Shown here piece by piece: positions 10,055 through 20,700 of a DNA stretch of 53,787 nt. Under the pieces are notes generated by a model, which was given only the letters and a program-made list of their open reading frames with translations, was not told the DNA's origin and did no database searches. Every line of letters starts with the position of its first letter. Position 1 is the stretch's first letter. Origin of the DNA: Verrucomicrobiota bacterium (GTDB taxonomy: Bacteria > Verrucomicrobiota > Verrucomicrobiia > Verrucomicrobiales > DEV007); assembly GCA_045046875.1 (NCBI GenBank), contig JASFYY010000134.1, forward strand, positions 1 to 53,787, in the 5' to 3' direction. A program made the translations under genes and the position numbers.

Positions 10055-11800
10055 TTGGCTTGGAGTCAGGATATTATGCGTATTGTGCCGAAGGTGGTCA
10101 AACGAGCTGATGGCGAAACGACGGTGATGGTGCCGGAGCTGCCTGCAGCTGGGGGGGATTCCAGTGTCGAGGCAGTCGGGAAGATTTCAGGTATTGTGCT
10201 GTGGGGGTCGATGGATGAGGTGCAGGCGGATTCGCCGCCGAAGATTAGGGAAGTCAAAGTTGGTAGTGAAGATCTCGAGGTTCCCGATGGAGTGTTGGAA
10301 GCTTTGCAAGCTTACCTGGATGGCCCTCTCAGTGTGGCGGCGATTGAAAACATCACTCGTGATGTGGTGCTGGCTTACCGCAAGGCGGATTTGCCAGTGG
10401 TTGATGTGGGTTTTCCGGAACAGGATGTTAGTAGCGGAGTGCTGCAATTAGTGATTGTGGTGGGTCGGGTTGGTGAGATTCGGGTGACGGGTGCTGAATA
10501 TTTTGATCCCGAGGATTATCTTAAGTATATTCGTCTCTCTCCAGGTGATTTGATTTATCAATCAACTTTGCTGCAGGACTTACGTTTTCTTAGTCGCAAT
10601 CCTTTTCGTAGTCTCAACTTGCTTTACACTCCAGGTAAGGAGTTTGGTGATGCGGATATGATCCTAGAGGTGGACGAGCAGCGACCGCTGACGGCTTATG
10701 TGGGTTATGATAATACTGGGAATGAGTTCATCGGGGTGGATCGCCTGAACTTCGGATTTGAGTGGGGCAATGTCTTTGGGCTCGGACATATTGTTAGTTA
10801 TCAATACACTACGTCAGTGGATTTTGAGGGTTTGCAGGGGCATTCGCTGTACTACCGCGCACCGATTGCGGCGACTCGTGGTGAGCTTCGTTTTCTGGGT
10901 GGTTATGTGAATACCGATGTTTCTATCCAGGCGGCGGGTCAGACTTTTAACAGCGGTGGTGAGAGTGCGCAGTTGAGCGGGGTTTATGTGCAGCCTCTGC
11001 CTACCTGGTGGGGTATCGAGCAGGACTTACATGTGGGATTTGATTTTAAGACAACGGACAATAATCTGGAGTTTGGCGGCCTGCGGGTGAGTGATACCTA
11101 CACCCAGATTTATCAATTCACGGTGGCGCAGATGGGACGCAAGCGTAGTCGTTTTGGCCTGACTCAGTTTTACAATCGCCTAGTGGTATCGCCGGGTAAC
11201 TTTTCTGGTCAGAATACTGACGAAGTGTTCAATGATTTGCGCCTCGGTGCCACGGCTTCGTATGTTTACTGGAATGGTAGTCTCACGCAGATGATTTCTT
11301 TGCCGAAGGACTTCCAGTTGCATTTGATGTTGGAAGGCCAGGCGAGCAGTAATAATCTTTTACCAAGTGAAAGCCTGATTCTCGGAGGTCAGGGATCGGT
11401 GCGTGGATTTGAGCAAAATATCACCCGGGCGGATTATGGAGCGGTGGCGAATATCGAACTTTACACGCCGGCGTTTTCTCCATTGTCAGGCTTGGGATTA
11501 GGAGGAAAGGATGCGGTGTATGAAGGAGAAGGTGGGAAACGCACCTTGATAGAGCCCGGTCGGAAGATGGAAGAGGGTTTGCGTTTTTTAGCTTTCCTTG
11601 ATCTGGGCTGGGGGGGAAGCGTGGATCGTCTTCCGCGCGAGCCATCATCACGTGAGTTGGCAGGGGCAGGAGCTGGCTTGAATTATTTTCTTAATAGCAA
11701 TCTGGTGCTGCGCGCAGCTTATGGCTGGCAGGTGTGGGAGGAAGGCTTCCTTGATGCAGAGGATGGGCGCTCACACATATCGGTGACGATGCGGTGGTAG
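10055..11800 (+). CDS. TpsB transporter (ShlB/FhaC/HecB family); true start probably upstream
   Basis: POTRA-like segment (VGFPEQDVSSGVLQLVIVVGRVG), YDNTG barrel start, loop-6 motif SVRGF, C-terminal Trp, directly downstream of TpsA. Confidence 0.92.
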   Translation: MAWSQDIMRIVPKVVKRADGETTVMVPELPAAGGDSSVEAVGKISGIVLWGSMDEVQADSPPKIREVKVGSEDLEVPDGVLEALQAYLDGPLSVAAIENITRDVVLAYRKADLPVVDVGFPEQDVSSGVLQLVIVVGRVGEIRVTGAEYFDPEDYLKYIRLSPGDLIYQSTLLQDLRFLSRNPFRSLNLLYTPGKEFGDADMILEVDEQRPLTAYVGYDNTGNEFIGVDRLNFGFEWGNVFGLGHIVSYQYTTSVDFEGLQGHSLYYRAPIAATRGELRFLGGYVNTDVSIQAAGQTFNSGGESAQLSGVYVQPLPTWWGIEQDLHVGFDFKTTDNNLEFGGLRVSDTYTQIYQFTVAQMGRKRSRFGLTQFYNRLVVSPGNFSGQNTDEVFNDLRLGATASYVYWNGSLTQMISLPKDFQLHLMLEGQASSNNLLPSESLILGGQGSVRGFEQNITRADYGAVANIELYTPAFSPLSGLGLGGKDAVYEGEGGKRTLIEPGRKMEEGLRFLAFLDLGWGGSVDRLPREPSSRELAGAGAGLNYFLNSNLVLRAAYGWQVWEEGFLDAEDGRSHISVTMRW

Positions 11801-11824
11801 CTTGCGTGCGGCGGAAGAGTTTTA

Positions 11825-11887
11825 AATGTGGCACAGCTTTGTAAGCTGTTTTTTCTGAGGAGACAGGTTGGAAACCTGTTGCACATT
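11825..11887. repeat. REP-like inverted doublet (REPIN-like)
   Basis: GTGGCACAGCTTTGTAAGCTGT at 11828 and, on the minus strand, GTGCAACAGGTTTCCAACCTGT at 11863-11884. Each is a tetranucleotide foot plus hairpin; outer AATGTG/CACATT. Confidence 0.65.
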
Positions 11888-11975
11888 GAGTGTGGAAGAG
11901 CGAATTTTTGGTTTTCATAAGCTGATTATTGGTTAAGGTTTGATGCTTCAAGAACCCTTAGGATAGATTTTATTT

Positions 11976-14900
11976 ATGATCACAAAAAATGCTCTGGTTG
12001 CAGCCATTCTTAGTTTGCTATTGCTTCCGCACGCTTTATCAGCCGCCGATGATAAAAAAACGGCAATAGCGGAGGATGGTAAAAAGAAGGATACTTCGAT
12101 GGCGGGCAACAAGCACGTCGAGGACATCATCAAGAACTTCAAGGGCAAGGGGGCGATGGTGACGGATCAAACGCCGCTGGTATCAGCTCAGGAAGCGGCG
12201 AAGGAGTTTCGCACGCGCAAAGATGTTGAGGTGGAAGTGATGGCGAGTGAGCCGGTGATTGGTCAGCCGCTGTTCATGTCTTGGGACTCACGAGGCCGAA
12301 TGTGGGTGATGCAGTATTTACAGTATCCGTTTCCCGCTGGTTTGAAAGTGGTGGAGTATGACAACTATCTGCGTGCGGTTTTTGACAAAGTTCCCGAGCC
12401 TCCTCCGCATGGAGTGAAAGGCAAGGATGTCATCACGGTGTTTGAGGACACCAATGGCGATGGCTATTATGATAAACACAAGGATGTGATCACCGGTCTG
12501 AATATCGCCACTTCGGTGGTGGTCGGGCATGGCGGGATCTGGGTGAGTAATCCACCCTATTTGTTGTTTTATCCTGATGCTAATCGTGACGATATCCCTG
12601 ATGGAGATCCGGAAGTGCGCTTGTCAGGATTCGGGATTGAAGACACCCACTCGGTGATGAGTAATATGAAGTGGGGGCCGGATGGTTGGCTGTATGGAGC
12701 TAATGGCAGTACCAGCACCGGCAATGTGAAAAATCCGGCGACGGGCAAAATGGTGAAGTGGAAGGGGCAGAACATCTGGCGTTATCATCCGGATACCACC
12801 GAGTTTGAAATATACGGTGAGGGTGGAGGTAATACCTTCAGTCTCGATATTGATGCCAAGGGGCGGGTGTTTTCCGGAACTAATCATGGCAATACCAGGG
12901 GTATGTATTATCCCCAGGGAAGTTACGGCGAGAAGGGCTGGGGCAAACATGGTCCGCTGACCAACCCTTATGCTTTTGGTTATTTCAAACACATGCGGCA
13001 TGAGGGAGATAATCGTCGTTTTCCCCAGGCGTTCATGATCTATGAGGGTGGGCTTTTTCCTGATTCTTATAAAGGGAAAATCATCGCGCCCAATTCGCTG
13101 CAGAATGTGGTGCATGTCGCGCAAGTGATGCCTGATACGTCTACTTACCGGACTAAGGATGAAGATTATTTGATGGTGACCAAGGACCGTTGGTTTCGGC
13201 CGGTGTTTGGTGCGGTGGGTCCAGAGGGAGGGATCTATATGGCGGATTGGTCGGACACTCGTTTGAGTCATGTTTATCCGGTGGATAACTGGCATAAAGA
13301 GAGTGGTCGTATTTACCGGGTCAAACCGAAGGGCATGGACATGAAACACAAAACCTTTGATTTAGGTAAAACTTCGAACGCAGATTTGGTGGCGTTGTTT
13401 GACAGTGATAACCGCTGGATGCGCCGTCGAGCAGTATTGGAGCTGGGCTGGCGTGGGGACAAAACGGTGCTGCCTGAGTTGGAAAAATTAGTGAGTGCAG
13501 ACAGCGGACAGAAATCTTTGGAAGCGCTGTGGGCTTTGAATTTGCTCGGAGGACTGACCGAGGATCTGGCGATCAAGTGGTTGGAAAATCAGGATGCGGA
13601 CATCCGAAAATGGGTGGTGCGCCTAGTGGGTGACAATCGTAAAGCAGGAACCGATTTGGGAGACAAGCTATCGGAAATGGCTGCCAAGGATGATGATGTG
13701 CAGGTGCGTTCGCAGTTGGCGGCTTCAGCTAAGAGGTTGCCCGCTAGTGTGGCGATCCCGATTGTACGTAATCTGCTCGGGCGCAGTGAGGATTTGGAGG
13801 ATTTACACATGCCGTTGATGAACTGGTGGGCATTGGAAGCTCACGCTGAAGACGGCAGTGGCGAGATTGAGAACATGGTGAAGGATGGCGGAATTTGGGA
13901 TTTGCCTTTGTTCAAACAGGAAATGGCGGCGCGCTTGATGCGGCGTTATGCGATGGCAGGCGGGAAAGCCAATTTTGAAATGTGCGCCAAGCTTTTGCAA
14001 CTGGCACCTGATGAAGAAGCGCAGAAAATACTGATGACCGGCTTGCAGCAGGCCTTTCAGGGTGCGACGATTCCCAAGTTGCCTGCGTCCTTGACCAAGG
14101 TGATGGACGAGTATGCTAAGAAGGCTGGCGACAGTGACTTGGTGTTGGGCGTGCAGCGTGGGGATAAGGTTGCTTTGAAAAAAGCCATCGCGGTGGTGAA
14201 AAACCCTAAAGCGGATACGTTGGAGCGGGTGACTTTGGCCAAGTTGTTTGGTAACACGGGTGACAAGAGTGTGATCGCGCCTCTGTTGGCGGTATTGGCT
14301 CAAGATCAGCAGAGCGCCTTGAAACGCGTGGCGATGCAATCACTGGCGAACTACGATGACATCACTGTTGCCAAGACGATCTTGACCCGCTACGGGCGCA
14401 GTTTGCCTGCTGAGCATAATGTGCGCAGTACGGCGGATCGGGTATTGGCTAGTCGCAAGGACTGGGCAAAGCTGTTTTTAGCTCAAGTGGATGCTTGGGT
14501 GATCAAAGCTAGGGACATCGATCCTGATGTGGTGCAACAGTTGAAGCTTCACAATGACGGAGAGATCAATGCTTTGGTCGCCAAACACTGGCCGGACATG
14601 CGGGCGCAACCCGCAGCTGCTAAGCAGGCGGAGATCAAACGCATTATGACTTTGCTCAAGAAGGGTGGCGGCGATGCGGAGAAGGGAGATGCTTTGTTTA
14701 CCCAGCGCTGTTTGGTTTGCCACAAGTTGTTTGATAAAGGGGGAGTAGTCGGACCTGATTTGACGGGTTATGAACGGGGCAATCTTGAGTTCTGGATGCC
14801 GGCAATGATTGATCCGAGTTTGGAAATCCGTGAAGGTTACACCAATTTTATTGTGACGATGAAAGATGGGCGCAGCTTGATCGGTATGATTGCTGACCAG

Positions 14901-15080
14901 AATCCGAAAACCGTGACTTTACGGGATCCGGCAGGGCAGTTGACCACTTTGACTCGGGATCAAATCACCTCGCTGAAAGCGTCGCCTATTTCGTTGATGC
15001 CGGAAGGTTTGTTGGTGGGATTGAAGGATGAGGAGCTGAGGGATTTGTTTGCTTATTTGATGAAGGGGGCGGGGAAGTAG
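11976..15080 (+). CDS. PVC-type membrane-bound dehydrogenase-like protein with HEAT repeats and C-terminal CxxCH heme domain
   Basis: Signal peptide; WDSRGRMWV, FEDTNGDG, WGPDGWLY and WFRPV..GPEGGIYMADW; HEAT-like region; CLVCH..VGPDL..SLMPEGL. Confidence 0.88.
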   Translation: MITKNALVAAILSLLLLPHALSAADDKKTAIAEDGKKKDTSMAGNKHVEDIIKNFKGKGAMVTDQTPLVSAQEAAKEFRTRKDVEVEVMASEPVIGQPLFMSWDSRGRMWVMQYLQYPFPAGLKVVEYDNYLRAVFDKVPEPPPHGVKGKDVITVFEDTNGDGYYDKHKDVITGLNIATSVVVGHGGIWVSNPPYLLFYPDANRDDIPDGDPEVRLSGFGIEDTHSVMSNMKWGPDGWLYGANGSTSTGNVKNPATGKMVKWKGQNIWRYHPDTTEFEIYGEGGGNTFSLDIDAKGRVFSGTNHGNTRGMYYPQGSYGEKGWGKHGPLTNPYAFGYFKHMRHEGDNRRFPQAFMIYEGGLFPDSYKGKIIAPNSLQNVVHVAQVMPDTSTYRTKDEDYLMVTKDRWFRPVFGAVGPEGGIYMADWSDTRLSHVYPVDNWHKESGRIYRVKPKGMDMKHKTFDLGKTSNADLVALFDSDNRWMRRRAVLELGWRGDKTVLPELEKLVSADSGQKSLEALWALNLLGGLTEDLAIKWLENQDADIRKWVVRLVGDNRKAGTDLGDKLSEMAAKDDDVQVRSQLAASAKRLPASVAIPIVRNLLGRSEDLEDLHMPLMNWWALEAHAEDGSGEIENMVKDGGIWDLPLFKQEMAARLMRRYAMAGGKANFEMCAKLLQLAPDEEAQKILMTGLQQAFQGATIPKLPASLTKVMDEYAKKAGDSDLVLGVQRGDKVALKKAIAVVKNPKADTLERVTLAKLFGNTGDKSVIAPLLAVLAQDQQSALKRVAMQSLANYDDITVAKTILTRYGRSLPAEHNVRSTADRVLASRKDWAKLFLAQVDAWVIKARDIDPDVVQQLKLHNDGEINALVAKHWPDMRAQPAAAKQAEIKRIMTLLKKGGGDAEKGDALFTQRCLVCHKLFDKGGVVGPDLTGYERGNLEFWMPAMIDPSLEIREGYTNFIVTMKDGRSLIGMIADQNPKTVTLRDPAGQLTTLTRDQITSLKASPISLMPEGLLVGLKDEELRDLFAYLMKGAGK

Positions 15081-15193
15081 ACATGTGGACATTGTATTAT
15101 AAAGTTGTAACACGGAGGGTGAATTTGTTTTGGGGTTTTGTTAAGGGGCGAATAGCCGGATTGGCAGTTCCTCCTCGAACTGCCTCGTCCCCC

Positions 15194-15440
15194 CACGCAA
15201 TGCCATTGCGTTCCACTTACTTACCCAAAGCTTCCTTCGCAACGTGGCACGGATTGGCAATCCGTGTATTCCCTCGAGTCGGTTCCCAGTCCACGCAATG
15301 CCATTACGTGCCACTCCTTCACCATAGACCCCTTGCCAATCGTGGCATGGATTGGCAATCCGTGTGTTCGCACGAAATAGTCTGCAAGCCACACAATACC
15401 ATTACGTCCCGTGCCCCCACGCAATGCCATTACGTGCCAC
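15194..15440. repeat. BIME-like array of alternating inverted REP elements, 98-bp period
   Basis: Motif A CACGCAATGCCATTRCGTKCCAC at 15194, 15292, 15390 (degenerate) and 15418. Motif B GTGGCAYGGATTGGCAATCCGTG at 15244 and 15342. B and the reverse complement of A share GTGG+CACG-stem-CGTG. Confidence 0.85.
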
Positions 15441-15484
15441 AGTTACCAATGCGTGCCCCTTTTATATTGTGGCAAGGGGTGGCA

Positions 15485-16894
15485 ATGCGCACTATAATAA
15501 TCAAGTTGCTGTCGGCATTGTGTTTGTTTGCAGGTTCGGCACTGGCTGCTGAAAAAGCCCCGAACGTTCTTTTTTTGTTAGCAGATGATCAACGGGCGGA
15601 TACGATTCGTTCTCTGGCTGGCAATGATCGAATTCATACACCGAATCTGGATGCCTTGGCGGCGCGCGGGATGAGCTTTTCACGTGCGACTTGTTCGTAT
15701 CCGATCTGCTGGATGAGCCGTTCGGAGATCATGAGCGGGATGCATGGGTGGGAGCACCAACAGAGTCGCCGAGGGATTGATTTTGATGAAGATACCAAGT
15801 TCTGGGCGGGGACTTTCAAACAGGCTGGTTATGATACTTGGTATGTGGGCAAGTGGCATGTGAATACCACGCCGACTAAAGCGGGCTATTCCAAAGTGGC
15901 TGGTTTTTATCGTGGTGGCGGTGGCAAGTGGATGAAGGAACAGCAGGATTGGAAGGGTTTTCCGGTAGCGGGTTATCGCGGGTGGATATTTCAATCAGAG
16001 GATGGAAAAAAGAAATACCCGGAACTGGGAGTGGGGCTGACGCCGGATATCAGCGCGAAGTTTGCCGATGCGGCGATTGGTTTGATCAAACAGCAAGGAG
16101 ACAAACCCTGGTTGATGCAGGTGAACTTCACCGCGCCGCATGATCCACTGTTCATGCCGCCGGGCATGGAAGGGAAATACAAAACGGAGTATATGAAAGT
16201 GCCGGAGAATTTCCTGCCCGAGCACCCTTTTGATCATGGCAATTTTGATGGCCGGGATGAAGCTCTGCTGGCGTGGCCGCGAAGCAAACATGCGGTGAAG
16301 GATTTGTTGCGGGTTTATTATTCGGTGGTGGATGACCTAGATGCCCAGGTCGGACGCATTTTGAAAGCGCTGGAGGAAAGTGGGGACTTGGATAATACGA
16401 TTGTGATATATTCGAGTGATCATGGAATGGCGGTGGGCAGTCACGGCTTGAGGGGGAAGCAGAATATGTATGAACATACCATCAATGTGCCGATGATTAT
16501 TGCCGGTCCGGGGATCGAAGCGGGAGCGAGAAGCAAGGCGCAGGCTTATTTGCGTGAATTGTATCCGACGACTTGTGATCTGGTGGGGATCAAGATTCCG
16601 GAGGAAGTGACAGCGAAGAGTTTCGCTGGTGTGTTGAGAGGCAAGACAGAAAAGCATCACGAGGATATTTTTGGTTATTATACCAATGCCCAACGCATGA
16701 TCCGCAGCGACGATAATTGGAAGCTGATTTATTATCCTGTGAAAGATTACTGGCAGTTATTCGATCTGAATACGGATCCTTGGGAGATGAATAATTTGGC
16801 AGGAATGCCGCAGCATCAACAGCGATTTGAATCGTTGCAGAAGCGGTTAGGGGAGTGGCGGGAAAAGCAGGGGGATCCATTGTTGGCGGAGTGA
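15485..16894 (+). CDS. Sulfatase (formylglycine-dependent S1 family)
   Basis: Signal peptide from ATG 15485; PNVLFLLADD, CWMSRSEIMSG, GKWH, APHDP, SDHG, LFDLNTDPWE. The upstream ORF extension is translated REP array. Confidence 0.92.
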   Translation: MRTIIIKLLSALCLFAGSALAAEKAPNVLFLLADDQRADTIRSLAGNDRIHTPNLDALAARGMSFSRATCSYPICWMSRSEIMSGMHGWEHQQSRRGIDFDEDTKFWAGTFKQAGYDTWYVGKWHVNTTPTKAGYSKVAGFYRGGGGKWMKEQQDWKGFPVAGYRGWIFQSEDGKKKYPELGVGLTPDISAKFADAAIGLIKQQGDKPWLMQVNFTAPHDPLFMPPGMEGKYKTEYMKVPENFLPEHPFDHGNFDGRDEALLAWPRSKHAVKDLLRVYYSVVDDLDAQVGRILKALEESGDLDNTIVIYSSDHGMAVGSHGLRGKQNMYEHTINVPMIIAGPGIEAGARSKAQAYLRELYPTTCDLVGIKIPEEVTAKSFAGVLRGKTEKHHEDIFGYYTNAQRMIRSDDNWKLIYYPVKDYWQLFDLNTDPWEMNNLAGMPQHQQRFESLQKRLGEWREKQGDPLLAE

Positions 16895-16949
16895 GTGCAT
16901 CGAGGATCTAATGGCTTTCAATAAATGAATTGCTTCGGTTAGTTGATTC

Positions 16950-17594
16950 ATGGTTATTAATAGGATGATTGAGAGATTTATAATAGTAACTCGCAGCAAA
17001 GAGGGATATAGTGAGTTGCGTTGGTCAACCAGGCATTCTCCCCGAATTGAACTTTTCCTTGGAGCTTTTTCTGATATTGAGAATTACGATTGTATTGCCA
17101 CTGCCGGAAATTCTTTTGGACTCATGGACGCGGGATTTGACTTGGCGGTGTTGAAGTACTTCGGAGCTAAATTGCAGGATGATATTCAGAATAACATTGT
17201 GCAACACTTCCTAGGTGAACAGCCTGTAGGGACGGCGTTTTTGGTCAAGACTTACAATGAAAAATGCCCTTGGGTGGCTCATGCTCCTACTATGCGAGTG
17301 CCTATGAATATTTCACGAACCGATAATGTCTACCTTGCTACATGGGCAACTTTGTTGGCTGTGCATAAAGCCAATCTGCTGGATGATGCGGGGATATCTA
17401 CCTTGGTTTTTCCAGCTTTCGGCACGGGAACCGGTGGGGTTTCTCATTTGGAGGCAGGGTTGCAGATCCGATTGGCGATTGAATATTATTTGAATCCGCC
17501 CGATATCATCAATCCAAGTGCTGCACAACTGCGACAGGAAGCTGTGTATTACGGTGGAATCAGCGGTTATGGATCACCGCGCCCTATTGAATGA
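16950..17594 (+). CDS. Macro domain (ADP-ribose-binding/processing) protein
   Basis: TAGNSFGLMDAGFD, GEQPVG, HAPTMRVP and PAFGTGTG macro-domain motifs. Start may be ATG 16965. Confidence 0.85.
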   Translation: MVINRMIERFIIVTRSKEGYSELRWSTRHSPRIELFLGAFSDIENYDCIATAGNSFGLMDAGFDLAVLKYFGAKLQDDIQNNIVQHFLGEQPVGTAFLVKTYNEKCPWVAHAPTMRVPMNISRTDNVYLATWATLLAVHKANLLDDAGISTLVFPAFGTGTGGVSHLEAGLQIRLAIEYYLNPPDIINPSAAQLRQEAVYYGGISGYGSPRPIE

Positions 17595-17770
17595 ATTGTT
17601 TATTCACTTGGAGTTTTGTAAATCATACACACTCTGAGTGCTGAGTAATAGAGAGAATATCGATTTTTGCGAAATTTGGAATTTTTGGCGGGCTCCTTAT
17701 TTCTAACTTCTTTAAAAAAACTTCACTTTTTCGTGTCCAAAATGGGCATCCGAGGCTTTTATTAGGATGA

Positions 17771-20700
17771 ATGTGCTATTTTTGGAAAAGATTGACCCCC
17801 GTCGCTTCCATGTTTCGACTCTGTAGGACGGGTGATGTTTGTGAATTTTTGGTCAGACCCCATTTGCGGGTTTTGATTTTGCTGGGGGGGCTTGTGGCGG
17901 GCAGTCTTAATGCTGCTGAGAAAACTCAAAACAAGTCGATCATTTCGGCTTCGCCCAGTGGTGTGGAATTTTTTGAAAAAAAGATCCGGCCGATTCTGGC
18001 GGGGCGTTGTTACAAATGCCATTCGGAGGAATCCGGCAAGCGTAAGGGAGGGTTGTACTTGGATCGGCGTGAAGGCTGGCATGTGGGGGGTGATACGGGT
18101 CCGGCGATCGTGCCGGGTAATGTTGATGAGAGTCTGGTGGTCGAGGCGGTGCGCTACAGCAATCCTGATTTTGAAATGCCGCCGAAGGGGAAGTTGTCAG
18201 TCGAGGAAATCGCCCTGCTTGAGCAGTGGGTGAAAATGGGCTCACCGGATCCGCGGGTGGGAGGCAGCAGTTTGAAACCGGCGAAGCGGGGGATTGATGT
18301 GGAAAAGGGACGACAGTTCTGGTCGTTCAAGCCGGTTGGGAAATCTCTGGTTCCCAAGACGAAAAATGGGAAATGGGCTTTCAATGATATTGACCGTTTT
18401 ATTCTAGCGGGTTTGGAACAGGCCGAATTAAAACCGGTCGCCAATGCGGATCGAGCTGATTGGATTCGGCGGGTATATTTTGATTTGATTGGTCTGCCGC
18501 CAACCCCGGCCCAGATCGATGCTTTTGTTACCAGCAGTGACGCGGATGCTTACGGAATTGTAGTCGATGATTTGCTGGCTTCGTCTCACTTCGGCGAGCG
18601 CTGGGGCAGGCACTGGCTCGATGTCGCTCGTTTTGCGGAATCGAGTGGGGGAGGACGCACCTTGTTGTTTCCCGATGCCTGGCGTTACCGCGATTATGTG
18701 ATCAAGGCTTTTGCGGATGACAAACCCTACGACCAATTTGTGCGTGAGCAGATTGCGGGTGATCTGTTGCCGCACCAATCAAGGGAGGAAAAAACCGAGC
18801 ATTTGACTGCGACGGCTTACCTGACACTTGGGCCGACGAATTATGAGCGGCAGGACAAACCGGTTCTCGAAACCGATGTGGTCGACGAACAACTCGATTC
18901 GATTGGTAAAGGGTTACTCGGTCTGACTTTTGGTTGTGCGCGTTGTCATGATCACAAGTTTGATCCAATTTCGACTAAGGACTACTACGCCATGGCGGGC
19001 ATCCTTATGAGCACCCAGACGATGGTGCACTCCAATGTATCTCGCTGGGTGGAAACGCCCTTGCCTTTGCCTGCGAAAGAAGAGGCGAAGTATAAAAAAC
19101 ACGAAATTCTGGTGGCGTCCCTGTCCGCTCAAGTGGCTGCCTTGAAGAAAGATCTGGATAAAGTAGCGCCGCTCAAACCTGTAGCGATCAAAGATCTGCC
19201 CGGCATTGTGGTGGATGATGCGGATGCGGTGAAAGTCGGCAAATGGAAAGAGTCGACCCATTTCAAAGCTTATGTGGGCAAGGGATACATTCATGATGAG
19301 AATTCGGGCAAGGGTAAAAAGACCCTGACTTTTTCTCCCAAGGTGATGCAGGATGGTTGGTATGAGGTTCGCCTGTCCTACACTCACGGCAGCTCGCGTT
19401 CGAATAGGGTTCCGGTGACGATTTTTTCAAAAGACGGGGAGAGGGTGGTGTATGTGAATCAAAAAAAAGCGCCACCAGTGGGTGATCGTTTTGTTTCATT
19501 GGGGCGGTTTCAATTTGATAACAATGGTCAGTGGTTTGTGATGATTTCCAACGAGGGCACCTCTGGTCATGTGACGGCGGATGCGGTGCAGTTGTTGCCG
19601 CAGGATGAGATGACGATGGCAAAACTTCCTAGGCCGGATGAGGTGGACAAACCTGAGCTGATTGCTTTCATCGTTCCTGATCCTTCGTCTTTGCCTGGAG
19701 TGGTGGTGGATAATACTGAAGCAAAATTGGTAGGGGAATGGAAACACTCGGTTCATACGCCTCCTTTTGTGGGTGTGAGTTATTTGCATGATGACAAAAA
19801 GGGCAAGGGTGAAAAGTCTGCCACCTTCACCCCGGATCTTCCCAATGCGGGGCTTTACGAAGTGCGCTTGTCTCATAACTCGAATGTCAGACGGGCGACT
19901 AATACCCCGATCACCATCAAGTCAGCCGATGGCAGTAAAACCATTCGCATCAATCAGCAGGATCCCGCTGAACACGGCAAGTTGTTCAAATCTCTAGGTG
20001 AGTTTGTTTTTGAAGCTGGAAAAAAAGGTTCGGTGATCATTTCGACCGAAGGTACGGAAGGGAAAAATGTCATCGTGGATGCGGTACAGTTTATTCCTCG
20101 TGGGGATGCGGCAAAAACAGAGGCGCTGCTTGCCAGAGAAATTCAGAAACAAGTGCAGGATCAATTGAAGACGGCGCAAGCCAAACTCAAAAAGGCGAAG
20201 AAAAACGGCAAGAAACGTCCCTTGATCATGTCGGTGAAAGATGGCAAGGAGCCGGGAGATTTTTTCATCAACATTCGTGGCATCCTGAGTAATCGCGGAC
20301 CGGATGTGCCGCGCGGTTTTCCCGAAGTGGCGATCACGAAAAATTCCCCGGTGATTCCTGCTGGCTATAAAAAGAGTGGGCGTTTGGAATTTGCCCAGTG
20401 GCTGAGTTCGGCGGAGAATCCACTGATGGCTAGAGTGATGGTGAACCGGATTTGGTATTGGGTTTTTGGCAAAGGCTTGGTCAGCACCTTGGATAATTTT
20501 GGGCTGACGGGTGAAAAGCCGTCACATCCGGAACTGCTCGATTATCTGGCTGTGGATTTTGTTGAGAACGGATGGTCGATGAAACATCTGGTGAGAGAGA
20601 TGGTTTTGTCCCACACCTATCGGTTGGGGGTTTCTGCGGATAAGGGAAATTTGGCAGCCGATCCGGAGAACCGTCTGCTGTGGAGAATGCATCGCCGCCG

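Noticed and set aside
15194..15440. CRISPR array
   Set aside because: Two repeat types alternate in opposite orientation, spacing is irregular at the end, and there are no cas genes; this fits REP/BIME.
15083..15484. 134-aa N-terminal extension of the sulfatase (repeated TQCHYVP)
   Set aside because: It is the translated REP array; a normal signal peptide begins at ATG 15485.
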